Positions 27,211 to 34,781 of a stretch of 36,380 nucleotides of DNA are shown piece after piece. Made by a program: the position numbers and the translations under genes. The stretch spans positions 1 through 36,380 of the forward strand of contig JBLNAW010000080.1 of NCBI GenBank assembly GCA_050259555.1, given 5' to 3'. Source of the DNA: Solirubrobacterales bacterium (lineage in GTDB: Bacteria; Actinomycetota; UBA4738; HRBIN12). Position 1 is the stretch's first letter, and each line of letters begins with the position of its first letter. The notes under the pieces were generated by a model. The model was not told the origin of the DNA and ran no database searches. It worked only from the letters and a program-made list of their open reading frames with translations.

Positions 27211-28296
27211 TTAGCCCTGCGCCGCGTTGAAGGCCTGCGTGAAGACGCCCGAGTCGCTGAACAGCTTCTCGTCGAGGGCCTTCCAGCCGCCGAAGTCGTC
27301 GACGGTCCACAGGTCCTGGATCGGCGGGAACCCCATCTCCTTGTCGCCGGCGGCTGCCGCCGCGGCGTCGGTGGGACGCAGGGACCCGACGGTGCGGTAG
27401 TACTCCTTGGCCTCGTCCGAGTGCAGGTACTCGACGAACGCCTCGGCGGCGTCGCGGACGCAGTGCTTGTCCACGTTCACGTCCACGACGGTGGCCGGGT
27501 TCTCGATCAGGATCGTCGACGGAGGGTAGACCGCCTCGTCCGGAAGTCCGGCGTCCTGCGCGGTGAACACCTCGTTCTCGTAGGTGATCGCGACGTCGCC
27601 GTTGCCGGCCTCGAAGTTCTTGATGGAGTCGCGCGCGCTCTTGTCGAGCGCGATGACGTTGTGGAACACGTTCGTGAGCAGCGTCTGCGCCCCCGCCTCG
27701 TCACCCTCGGTGACCCCGGCGAAGCCCCGCATCGCGGCCCCGTACATCGCGACGATGTTCCAGCGGGCACCGCCGCTGGAGGCCGGGTCCGGCGTGAGGA
27801 CGCCCACGCCCGCAGCGCCGATGTCGCTGAAGTCCGCGAAGCCCTTGGGGTTGCCGGGACGGACGTCGAGGACGACGACCGAGGTCGAGACCATCCCGCC
27901 GTCGGCCTCTGCCGTCCAGTCGTGCGTGATCAGGCCGGCGTCGGCGATGTAGTCGACGTCCGGGCCGAGCGACAGGGCGACGACATCGGCCTCGAACCCG
28001 TTGACCACGTTCTGGGCCTGGGTCGTGCTGCCACCGTAGGACTCCTGGAAGATGACCTGCTGGCCGTCGTGCTCGTCCTTCCACTTCGTCTGGAAGGCCG
28101 AGATGATCTTGCCGTACACCTCGCGCGGGGTGCTGTACGCCGCGAACGTGATGACCGGCGTGTCGGCCGGCGTGCAGGCGCCGCCGGACGCGGAGGGGTC
28201 CGCACCGTCGCCCGAGTCGCTGCTGCAGGCGGTCGCGAGGATCGCGAGGACTGCGGTGAGGGCGAACAGGCGCACGCCGAGACGTGGTGCTCGCAT
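27211..28296 (-). CDS. sbp: Sulfate/thiosulfate-binding lipoprotein (Sbp/CysP)
   Basis: The lipobox is ILATAC. Similarity blocks to E. coli Sbp as I recall it are strong: STPREVYGKIISAF, QESYGGSTTQAQNVVNGFEADVVALSL, VRPGNPKG and TPDPASSGGARWN. Confidence 0.87.
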   Translation of the reverse strand: MRAPRLGVRLFALTAVLAILATACSSDSGDGADPSASGGACTPADTPVITFAAYSTPREVYGKIISAFQTKWKDEHDGQQVIFQESYGGSTTQAQNVVNGFEADVVALSLGPDVDYIADAGLITHDWTAEADGGMVSTSVVVLDVRPGNPKGFADFSDIGAAGVGVLTPDPASSGGARWNIVAMYGAAMRGFAGVTEGDEAGAQTLLTNVFHNVIALDKSARDSIKNFEAGNGDVAITYENEVFTAQDAGLPDEAVYPPSTILIENPATVVDVNVDKHCVRDAAEAFVEYLHSDEAKEYYRTVGSLRPTDAAAAAAGDKEMGFPPIQDLWTVDDFGGWKALDEKLFSDSGVFTQAFNAAQG

Positions 28297-28304
28297 AGGG
28301 AACT

Positions 28305-28368
28305 CCTTTCGTTGACCGGCGAGTTGGGTCTGCCGACTCGGTCTCCGGTGGTCCGGTCAACCGAAAGG
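28305..28368 (-). promoter_or_regulatory. Long imperfect hairpin in the sbp leader that base-pairs the Shine-Dalgarno sequence
   Basis: In mRNA sense, CCUUUCGGUUGACCGG (28368-28353) pairs with CCGGUCAACGAAAGG (28319-28305), giving 15 bp with one bulged C. The 3-prime arm contains the SD GAAAGGAG, 8 nt before the ATG at 28296. Confidence 0.45.
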
Positions 28369-28478
28369 CGGTTCGGGGGGATGGAGGAAACGGGGTTCCG
28401 GTGGTCCGGTCGCCCCGTGCAGGCACTAGTCGTAACAGCGGATCGGGGTGCCGTCAAGCCGGGAGGCCCGAGAACCCC

Positions 28479-28652
28479 TCAGACGAGGCGGATCTTCTCG
28501 GCCATCTCGATCTGGACGACCTTGCCGTCCTGCACCACGAGCAGCACGGTCCCGTACTTCAGGCGGCGCAGCAGCTCGACCACCTGGAGGAGGACGGCTT
28601 GCTCCTCCTCCGAGATGGGGGCGAACTCCGCCGGTCGCTGTTCCGGGGCCAT
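28479..28652 (-). CDS. YezD/DUF2292-like small protein (57 aa), absent from the supplied ORF track
   Basis: My own translation gives MAPEQRPAEFAPISEEEQAVLLQVVELLRRLKYGTVLLVVQDGKVVQIEMAEKIRLV*. The C-terminal YGxVxxxVxDGKVVQIExxEKIRL pattern is the hallmark of the YezD family. It sits immediately upstream of the sulfate importer. Codon third positions are GC-rich, as in neighbouring genes. Confidence 0.7.
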   Translation of the reverse strand: MAPEQRPAEFAPISEEEQAVLLQVVELLRRLKYGTVLLVVQDGKVVQIEMAEKIRLV

Positions 28653-28686
28653 CCACCCGGGACGTTACCGCATCGGCGAGCCCGAC

Positions 28687-29658
28687 CTACCAGGCGTAGG
28701 CCTCGGGCGCCGCGCCGCCGGGGCCGGGGAACAGCTCGTCGAGCCGTCCCATCGCGGCCGCGTCGAGCTCGAGCTCGAGCGCGCGGAGCGAGCCGTCGAG
28801 CTGCTCGACCGTGCGCGGACCGATGATCGGCGCGGTGACGACGGGGTTCGCGAGGAGCCACGCGAGCGCGACGTCGGCCGGCTGCTCCCCGAGCTCCTTG
28901 CAGAACGTCTCGTACGCCTGGATCTGGTCGCGGAACTTCGGCAGGTCCTCCTGCACCCATTCCCCCGAGCGGCGGCCGCCCTCGATCTTGCCGAGCACCC
29001 CGGCCAGGAGCCCGCCACCCAGGGGGCTCCACGGGAGCACGCCCATGCCGTACGCCGCACACACCGGGAGGACCTCGAGCTCGCTCATCCGATCGTGCAG
29101 GTTGTAGAGGCACTGCTCGGAGACGAGCCCGAGGAGGTGACGGGTCTGCGCGACCTCGTTGGCCTTGGCGATGTGCCAGCCGGCGAAGTTGCTCGAGCCG
29201 ACGTAGAGGACCTTGCCCTGCTGGACGAGGCTCTCGAACGCCTGCCAGACCTCGGCCCAGTCGGCCGCCCGGTAGATGTGGTGCATCTGGTACAGGTCGA
29301 TGTGGTCGGTCTGCAAGCGCTTCAGGCTTGCATCGCAGGCCTTCCGGATCGCGAGCGCCGACAGACGAGACTCGTTCGGCCACTCGGCCATCTCGCCGTA
29401 GACCTTCGTCGCGAGCACCACCTTCTCGCGGCGGCCCTCGCCCTTGGCGAACCAGTTCCCGATGATCGTCTCGGTGGCGCCGACCCCCTTGCTGCGCCCG
29501 TAGACGTTCGCGGTGTCGAAGAAGTTGATGCCGTGCTCGAGCGCACGGTCCATGATGGCGTGGCTGTCCGGCTCGGTCGTCTCCGGACCGAAGTTCATCG
29601 TGCCGAGGCACAGGCGGCTGACCTTCAGCCCCAGCCTCCCGAGATGCATGTACTCCAT
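28687..29658 (-). CDS. Aldo/keto reductase family oxidoreductase (Tas/YghZ-like)
   Basis: LGRLGLKVSRLCLGTMNFG, INFFDTANVYG, DLYQMH, GSSNF and PWSPLGGGLL are typical AKR blocks. The ATG at 29658 has GGAGGGGAG 6 nt upstream. Confidence 0.88.
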   Translation of the reverse strand: MEYMHLGRLGLKVSRLCLGTMNFGPETTEPDSHAIMDRALEHGINFFDTANVYGRSKGVGATETIIGNWFAKGEGRREKVVLATKVYGEMAEWPNESRLSALAIRKACDASLKRLQTDHIDLYQMHHIYRAADWAEVWQAFESLVQQGKVLYVGSSNFAGWHIAKANEVAQTRHLLGLVSEQCLYNLHDRMSELEVLPVCAAYGMGVLPWSPLGGGLLAGVLGKIEGGRRSGEWVQEDLPKFRDQIQAYETFCKELGEQPADVALAWLLANPVVTAPIIGPRTVEQLDGSLRALELELDAAAMGRLDELFPGPGGAAPEAYAW

Positions 29659-29719
29659 GGCGGGCTCCCCTCCGGACGCGCTGATGTGATTCGACCACAC
29701 CGCGCGAGAGCGCGCGCGG

Positions 29720-31000
29720 CTACGCCGTGGCCGGCTCGGCCAGGCTGCCGTCTCGCTCGGGATCGCGGGCGCCGCGGACGTACATGAACGCGACCGTGAT
29801 CCCGGCGCCGAGCACCCCCGCTGCGATCAGGGTCTTGTCCGTGCCGAACACGGAGGCGGCCGGACCGACGAGGGCGAACGAGAGCGGCACCCCCGCGGTC
29901 GAGATGAGCCAATCGAGGCTGGATACGCGGCCGAGCATCTCGGCGGGCACGAGCCGTTGGACGAGGGTGGTCCAGGTCACGAACAGGAGGGTCAGGCTCC
30001 CTTCGGCGACCAGCGAGACCGCCATCGCCTGCCAGAGATCGGTCACGAGTCCGAACCCGCCGACGAGCAGCATCCCGAACGCCCACGCCAGGTAGAGCAC
30101 CGTGATCGGCTTGCGGGGCAAGCGGCCGCGCTGACCCATCGCGAGCGCGACCGCGACCGCGCCGAGCCCACCCGCCCCGTAGACGACGCCGAGCGAGGCA
30201 GCGGAGCCGTGCAGGTCGTTCTTCACGACGTACGGAACGAGCACGTCCCACGGGCCCCACGTGAAGAGCAGGCTCACCGTGGCCGCCGCCATGCACACCC
30301 ACAGCCACGTGTGACGCCGAACGAAGCGCAGGCCCTCGGTGAGGTCGTTCCACATCGAGGCATGCTCGCGCTCCTCGCGGTGGACGGCTCGCGCGCGCAT
30401 CGACAGGATCATCGCGGCCGAGAACACGAAGGTGCCGGCGTCGACGAGGAACGCCCAGCCGAGCCCGAGCCACCGGATCAGCAGCCCGCCCACGACCGGC
30501 CCCACGAGCGCGAGCGTGAACGGCCGCACGAACTGCGCGAGGGAGTTGGCCTGCACCCGGAGGTCGTCGGGCACGATCGCGGGCAGGATCGAGGAGAAGG
30601 CGGGTCCGAACACGGCTTGGCCCATCCCGTAGACGACGACGAGACCGACGAGCCTCGGCAGGGTGAGCTCGTTCGCGAGAGCAAGCAGCCCGACCACGCC
30701 GATCGCGACGAGCCGGACGAGGTCGCCCGCGATCATCAGGTGCCGGCGGTCGAGCCGGTCCGAGAGCACCCCGGAGAACAGCAGGAGCACCATCTGCGGG
30801 ATGCTCCACGCGAGCCCCACCGCCGCGAGCGCCGATGGCCGGTTCCAGATCTGGTAGGCCTGCCACGCGACCGCGACGACGTAGATGCCGTCGCCGACCA
30901 TCGAGACGGTGAGACCGGTCCACAGCAGCCGGAAGTCCCGGATCCGGAGGGGGCGGAGGATCCCGATCCGATCGACGAGCGGTTCCGGCTCGCGGTTCAT
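29720..31000 (-). CDS. MFS transporter (EntS/MFS_3-like, 12 TMS)
   Basis: FRLLWTGLTVSMVGDGIYVVAVAW and SGVLSDRLDRR (motif A-like) are present, with about 12 hydrophobic segments. The ATG at 31000 overlaps the upstream gene's stop (ATGA 30997-31000). The remaining 278 aa of the track ORF is a shadow extension. Confidence 0.85.
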   Translation of the reverse strand: MNREPEPLVDRIGILRPLRIRDFRLLWTGLTVSMVGDGIYVVAVAWQAYQIWNRPSALAAVGLAWSIPQMVLLLFSGVLSDRLDRRHLMIAGDLVRLVAIGVVGLLALANELTLPRLVGLVVVYGMGQAVFGPAFSSILPAIVPDDLRVQANSLAQFVRPFTLALVGPVVGGLLIRWLGLGWAFLVDAGTFVFSAAMILSMRARAVHREEREHASMWNDLTEGLRFVRRHTWLWVCMAAATVSLLFTWGPWDVLVPYVVKNDLHGSAASLGVVYGAGGLGAVAVALAMGQRGRLPRKPITVLYLAWAFGMLLVGGFGLVTDLWQAMAVSLVAEGSLTLLFVTWTTLVQRLVPAEMLGRVSSLDWLISTAGVPLSFALVGPAASVFGTDKTLIAAGVLGAGITVAFMYVRGARDPERDGSLAEPATA

Positions 31001-32148
31001 CCGCCGAGCATACGGGCGCGGCGGAGCCACATCGCCACGAGGTACCCCCCGCCCGCGGCACCGGCCACGGCGAGTGAGATCCCCATCGACGACGGCGCCA
31101 CGGCGAACGGCGCGGCCGCGATCCGGGTGGCCAACAACATCGCGAACCCGGCGGCCGGGGCCACCGCGAGCGCATCGATGGCCCGCGCGGTGACCGACCA
31201 AGCCCATCCGAACCCGATCACCTCGGCGAGGGCGAGCGCGGCGAGGCAGCCGAGCGCGATCCGGACGAAGGAGGACGCCTCGAGTGGGTCGAGATCCGTC
31301 CCCGGCCCCGGATGAGGGCCGACGATCGCGACGCCCTGCGAGGAGACCTGCGGCCGAAGGACGGTCGAGGAGCCCGGATATCCATCGGGGGTCCCGAACG
31401 GCTTCCCGTAGTCCGTGCGGTCGAATGGGGCGAGGTCGAACCACACCAGGTCCGCGGGAGCGTCGATGCCGTCGAACGCCTGGGACTCCGACGCCCGAAC
31501 CACGAGCCGATCCTCGATCCCCTGCGTCGCCACGGCCTCGAACGAGCTCGGCAGGACGACGCGGACGTCCCGGATCCGAACCGCCGGGACCGCCGCGCGG
31601 ATCGCGTTGCCGGCCTCGGTCCAGAAGAAGGACGCGATGGGCTGCCTGCCGCTCGCGGTGAAGACCAGCCGCGTGCCGGGTGGCACCGCCGAGATGAACC
31701 TCGATGCCTCGGTGACACGTTGCACTTCGAGCGGGAACAACTTCGGGGGGGTGCCGAACCACACCGATGCCGTCGGCCAGACGAACGCGATCACGACAGC
31801 CGCGCCGATCGCCCAGCCGGCGGGCTTCTGCCATCGAGCCGCCGTTCCGGACCCTCGGCCCGTCACGTCACACACGACATCGGGGATGCCGAGGCCGAGG
31901 CCGATCGGGATCGCGAAGGCGAACGTCACGAGCCGCTCGGCGGGGAACCACCCCGTCACGAACGCGACGCCGCCCCCGAGGACGAGCACCGCCGCCCACG
32001 CGGACAGGTACCGGCGCAGGAAGCCTCGCGCGCGCAGGATCCCGACGGCGACGAACGGAAGGCAGGGAGGCGCGTAGCTCCAGCCGTGCTCGATCAGGCG
32101 CTCGCGGAACAGCCCGGGGAGCTCGGAGCCGAGTCCGAGGCTCTGCAT
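30997..32148 (-). CDS. Hypothetical integral membrane protein (N-terminal and C-terminal TM segments flanking a ~200-aa soluble domain)
   Basis: Codon usage is consistent with the neighbours. Hydrophobic segments lie at both ends (AAVLVLGGGVAFVTGWF; FVRIALGCLAALALAEVIGFGWAW; AAGFAMLLATRIAAAPFAVA). It is translationally coupled to the MFS gene. I recognised no family and found no clear SD at 32148, so the start is uncertain. Confidence 0.5.
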   Translation of the reverse strand: MQSLGLGSELPGLFRERLIEHGWSYAPPCLPFVAVGILRARGFLRRYLSAWAAVLVLGGGVAFVTGWFPAERLVTFAFAIPIGLGLGIPDVVCDVTGRGSGTAARWQKPAGWAIGAAVVIAFVWPTASVWFGTPPKLFPLEVQRVTEASRFISAVPPGTRLVFTASGRQPIASFFWTEAGNAIRAAVPAVRIRDVRVVLPSSFEAVATQGIEDRLVVRASESQAFDGIDAPADLVWFDLAPFDRTDYGKPFGTPDGYPGSSTVLRPQVSSQGVAIVGPHPGPGTDLDPLEASSFVRIALGCLAALALAEVIGFGWAWSVTARAIDALAVAPAAGFAMLLATRIAAAPFAVAPSSMGISLAVAGAAGGGYLVAMWLRRARMLGG

Positions 32149-32313
32149 CAGGTCGTCGCGGGAGGTATCGACGTGGATCGCCGACGCGCCGTGATGCCTC
32201 CTCCTCGGTCTCAGGAGTCCCGACGGCCAACCCCCGACGGAGCGATGGCGTCAAGACCCACACTGCGGAACATGGGGGCGGGGCCGTGCCGAGGCCGGGG
32301 CGGTCTCCCACGG

Positions 32314-32790
32314 TCAGCGCCGCCGTCCCCGGCCGCGCCAGTCGTACACGACCGCCGTCCGCAGCAGCAGATCCTGCACGGAACGCCGCGTCCCGCTGAC
32401 CGAGCACCACAGCAGCCCGATCGGGAACACGACGTACAGGGCGGCCCGCGCGATCGCCACCAGCGCCGAGACGGGTCTGCCCGAGGTGTCGACGAGGGCG
32501 AGTCCCACGACCCGCTTGCCGACGGTCCTCCCGGTCCTCGCCCACCCCCAGGCGAGGTACACGAGGAGCACCGCGCCCCCGAGCGAGAGCAGGCCGAACC
32601 TCGACGGCCAGTTGAGCCGGAGCGGCGCGGCGTCCGAGAAGAAGAAGGCCCAGACCGATCGAGCCACGACGGCCCCGACGATGAGCACTGCGACGACCAC
32701 GAGATCGAGCACCCCGGCGACCGCTCGGGACACGATCCCTGCCCGTTCTCCCTGGAACCCTCGGGCATCGGCGGGGAGCGCCAGGCTCAT
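32314..32790 (-). CDS. RDD-family membrane protein
   Basis: The pattern AGIVSRAVAGVLDLVVVAVL...RTGRTVGKRVVGLALVD...RRSVQDLLLRTAVV matches the RDD domain layout, with its R...D...D residues and three TM segments. The ATG overlaps the upstream stop (ATGA 32787-32790). Confidence 0.8.
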   Translation of the reverse strand: MSLALPADARGFQGERAGIVSRAVAGVLDLVVVAVLIVGAVVARSVWAFFFSDAAPLRLNWPSRFGLLSLGGAVLLVYLAWGWARTGRTVGKRVVGLALVDTSGRPVSALVAIARAALYVVFPIGLLWCSVSGTRRSVQDLLLRTAVVYDWRGRGRRR

Positions 32791-33776
32791 GGTCCGGCTC
32801 CGACGTCATCGCCAACCTCGGGCTCGTGGGGTGCTCGATGGTTGCGCCGCCCGAGGATCCTGTCGACGACGCGTGCGACCGCACGATCCGCGTCCACGGC
32901 GCCGTACCTCAGGTCGTGGACGGCCTCGGTGGTCACGCCCTCCGTCGACTCTCGGATCAGGGCCGGCAGGTCGAGCTCCTCGATCACCTCGCGTGCCAGC
33001 CGGGTGAGCTCCACCCGTCGGATCACCGCGTCGATGTCGACCTTGGCGACGACGGGGTCGGGATCGACCCGAGCGACGAGCGCATCCAGGTCGAGCCGGG
33101 CGACGATCCGCTCGATATCGACACGGTCCACGATCCGATCCAGGTCGACGCGCTCGACGATCCGGTCCACGTCGACCCGGGCGACGACGGCGTCGAGGTC
33201 CACGCCGCCCACGAGGGACTCGACATCCACACGCTCCTCGATGAGCGCGGTGAGATCGAGTCGGTCCAGGACCGCCTGCGCGACGGCCGGCACGATCTCG
33301 CGCATGAACGCGGCCGCGGCCTCCTCCGCGTGAGGGGCGAGGTCCTGCCACCGCGCGTTGAACCGAGTCATCGAACGCTGAGTGGCTCGCTGCGCGCCGC
33401 TCGCCGCGAAGACCCACGATCCCCAGGGCGCGAGCGTGCCGACCGTTCTCATCGCGGCGGTCGTCGCCCGGGTGATCGTCTCGACGGCGAGACCGAGGGT
33501 CGCTCCGACGACGAGGGCCGGAAGCGGCGGCTGTCCCGGCTCGCCGCCCGGGTCCCGGTCTTCACCCAACGTGTGGCGAACGAGCTGGGCGCCGACGGCA
33601 GCGCCGGCGACGACGGCTCCGATCGCGACCCGCAGGGACTGGAGGGCGACGGCTTCCAGGTCGTTGGCCGGCGTTCCTCGCTCGTCGGCGGGCGTTGCCG
33701 GGTCGTCCGGCGGTGGATCGCTCGACGGGGTGGGCTGGTTCCGACCGATCGGCGTGTTCGGCATCTGCAGGATCAT
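32787..33776 (-). CDS. Uncharacterised protein: Pro-rich N-terminus, two hydrophobic segments, then ~11 tandem 9-residue repeats (consensus VDLDRIVAR)
   Basis: The ATG at 33776 overlaps the YihY-like stop (ATGA 33773-33776). The repeat run reads LDRLDLTALIEER VDVESLVGG VDLDAVVAR VDVDRIVER VDLDRIVDR VDIERIVAR LDLDALVAR VDPDPVVAK VDIDAVIRR VELTRLARE. The upstream 237 aa of the track ORF is a shadow extension. Confidence 0.65.
   Translation of the reverse strand: MILQMPNTPIGRNQPTPSSDPPPDDPATPADERGTPANDLEAVALQSLRVAIGAVVAGAAVGAQLVRHTLGEDRDPGGEPGQPPLPALVVGATLGLAVETITRATTAAMRTVGTLAPWGSWVFAASGAQRATQRSMTRFNARWQDLAPHAEEAAAAFMREIVPAVAQAVLDRLDLTALIEERVDVESLVGGVDLDAVVARVDVDRIVERVDLDRIVDRVDIERIVARLDLDALVARVDPDPVVAKVDIDAVIRRVELTRLAREVIEELDLPALIRESTEGVTTEAVHDLRYGAVDADRAVARVVDRILGRRNHRAPHEPEVGDDVGAGP
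33015..33230 (-). repeat. Eight imperfect tandem copies of a 27-nt unit (coding repeat inside the CDS 32787-33776)
   Basis: The plus strand shows recurring GTCGA(C/G)...GCGACGA(T/C)CCG-type 27-mers. These correspond to residues 183-254 of the protein. Degenerate copies extend to about 32952-33269. Confidence 0.8.
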
Positions 33777-34753
33777 CGCGATCTCCGTCCATCCGGCCGG
33801 GCCGTCCCCGGACCCTGCTCTTCTGGCTGCCGCGCGAGCAGGGTCGCATTGAGGACGGGCGCGGCGACCGCCACCCTCCCGATCACGTATAGCCACACGA
33901 GCAGGCCGATCGCGATCCCGAGCGGTCCGTACACCTCCGAGGCGTGCGCGATCCGACGCGCGAAGTACAGCACGGTCGCCAGATGGAGGACCTGGATCCC
34001 GATCGCGAACAGGAGCGCTCCGGGGATCAGCGCTTTGGGCGGTGCATCGGCATGTGGGAGCGCGAGCGACGCAGCGAACCAGACGCCCGCCCACAAGAGC
34101 ACGAGCAGGAGGGTGTATGCGAGCCCGACCCCCGGGGCGTCGGCGCGGATCCGAGAGACGAGCGCAGCCAGGAGGAACGATCCGAGGGTGGCGCCCGTGA
34201 AGCAGAGCCCGCCCTTCCACGCTCCTCGCGCGGGCGTGACGGGTAGTCGCCATGCCAGCTGATGGATCGCTCGGAGGGCCTTGAAGGCGCCGATGCCCGC
34301 CCACCAGAGCGCGAAGGCGCCGATGACGAACGCGACCACAGACCCGGCACTCGAGTTCGCCGCGATCGACTCCGCGATGTACCTGCTGAGCCCGAGGCGG
34401 TCGTTCAACGTGGAGGCATCGGTCGTGCCGGAGCGCGCTGCGATCCCGAGGCCCCCAACGAGCACGAGCGAGACGGGGACCAGCCACAGGAACAGCCGGA
34501 ACGCCACCGCTCCCGCGAGGAGGCTGCCACCCACCGCTCGGTCGGTGCGGACGCTCTTGAGCCCTGCATCCAGTGCGGGGATGCGCGGTGCGGTCTCCTC
34601 GACCCTCCGCCTGGTTCCCTCGATGCGGAGACGAGTCTGCACGACGCGAGCGCGGAGCTTCCGCGCCAGCTTCTCACCCGACCCGTCGCCGAGGTCCGGA
34701 CGCGCGGACAGAGCCGGACCTCCGCTGCTCCGGGTCTCCTGGGATGGACTCAT
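33773..34753 (-). CDS. YihY/BrkB-family (virulence factor BrkB / formerly 'RNase BN') membrane protein
   Basis: GGSLLAGAVAFRLFLWLVPV is followed by six hydrophobic segments and the C-terminal YGPLGIAIGLLVWLYVIGRV motif typical of YihY proteins. Confidence 0.8.
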   Translation of the reverse strand: MSPSQETRSSGGPALSARPDLGDGSGEKLARKLRARVVQTRLRIEGTRRRVEETAPRIPALDAGLKSVRTDRAVGGSLLAGAVAFRLFLWLVPVSLVLVGGLGIAARSGTTDASTLNDRLGLSRYIAESIAANSSAGSVVAFVIGAFALWWAGIGAFKALRAIHQLAWRLPVTPARGAWKGGLCFTGATLGSFLLAALVSRIRADAPGVGLAYTLLLVLLWAGVWFAASLALPHADAPPKALIPGALLFAIGIQVLHLATVLYFARRIAHASEVYGPLGIAIGLLVWLYVIGRVAVAAPVLNATLLARQPEEQGPGTARPDGRRSR

Positions 34754-34781
34754 CGGGTCCTCTGCGTGACCACCATGCAGC

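Noticed and set aside
28297-28478. Possible SAM-I or SAM-IV riboswitch upstream of the sulfate transporter
   Set aside because: I could not find the conserved core elements of those classes as I remember them. I kept it only as an unclassified structured leader, and a covariance-model scan is needed.
28426-28656. 76-aa track ORF (MDGPGTATGG...)
   Set aside because: It is Arg/Gly/Pro-rich with no motif. A different frame on the same strand encodes a clean YezD-like protein (28479-28652).
26764-29787. 1007-aa plus-strand ORF
   Set aside because: It spans, in antisense, five well-supported minus-strand genes (cysT, sbp, yezD-like, the AKR, and the 3-prime end of the MFS gene) and two intergenic regions. 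Its composition is Arg/Asp/Gly-rich with no recognisable domain.
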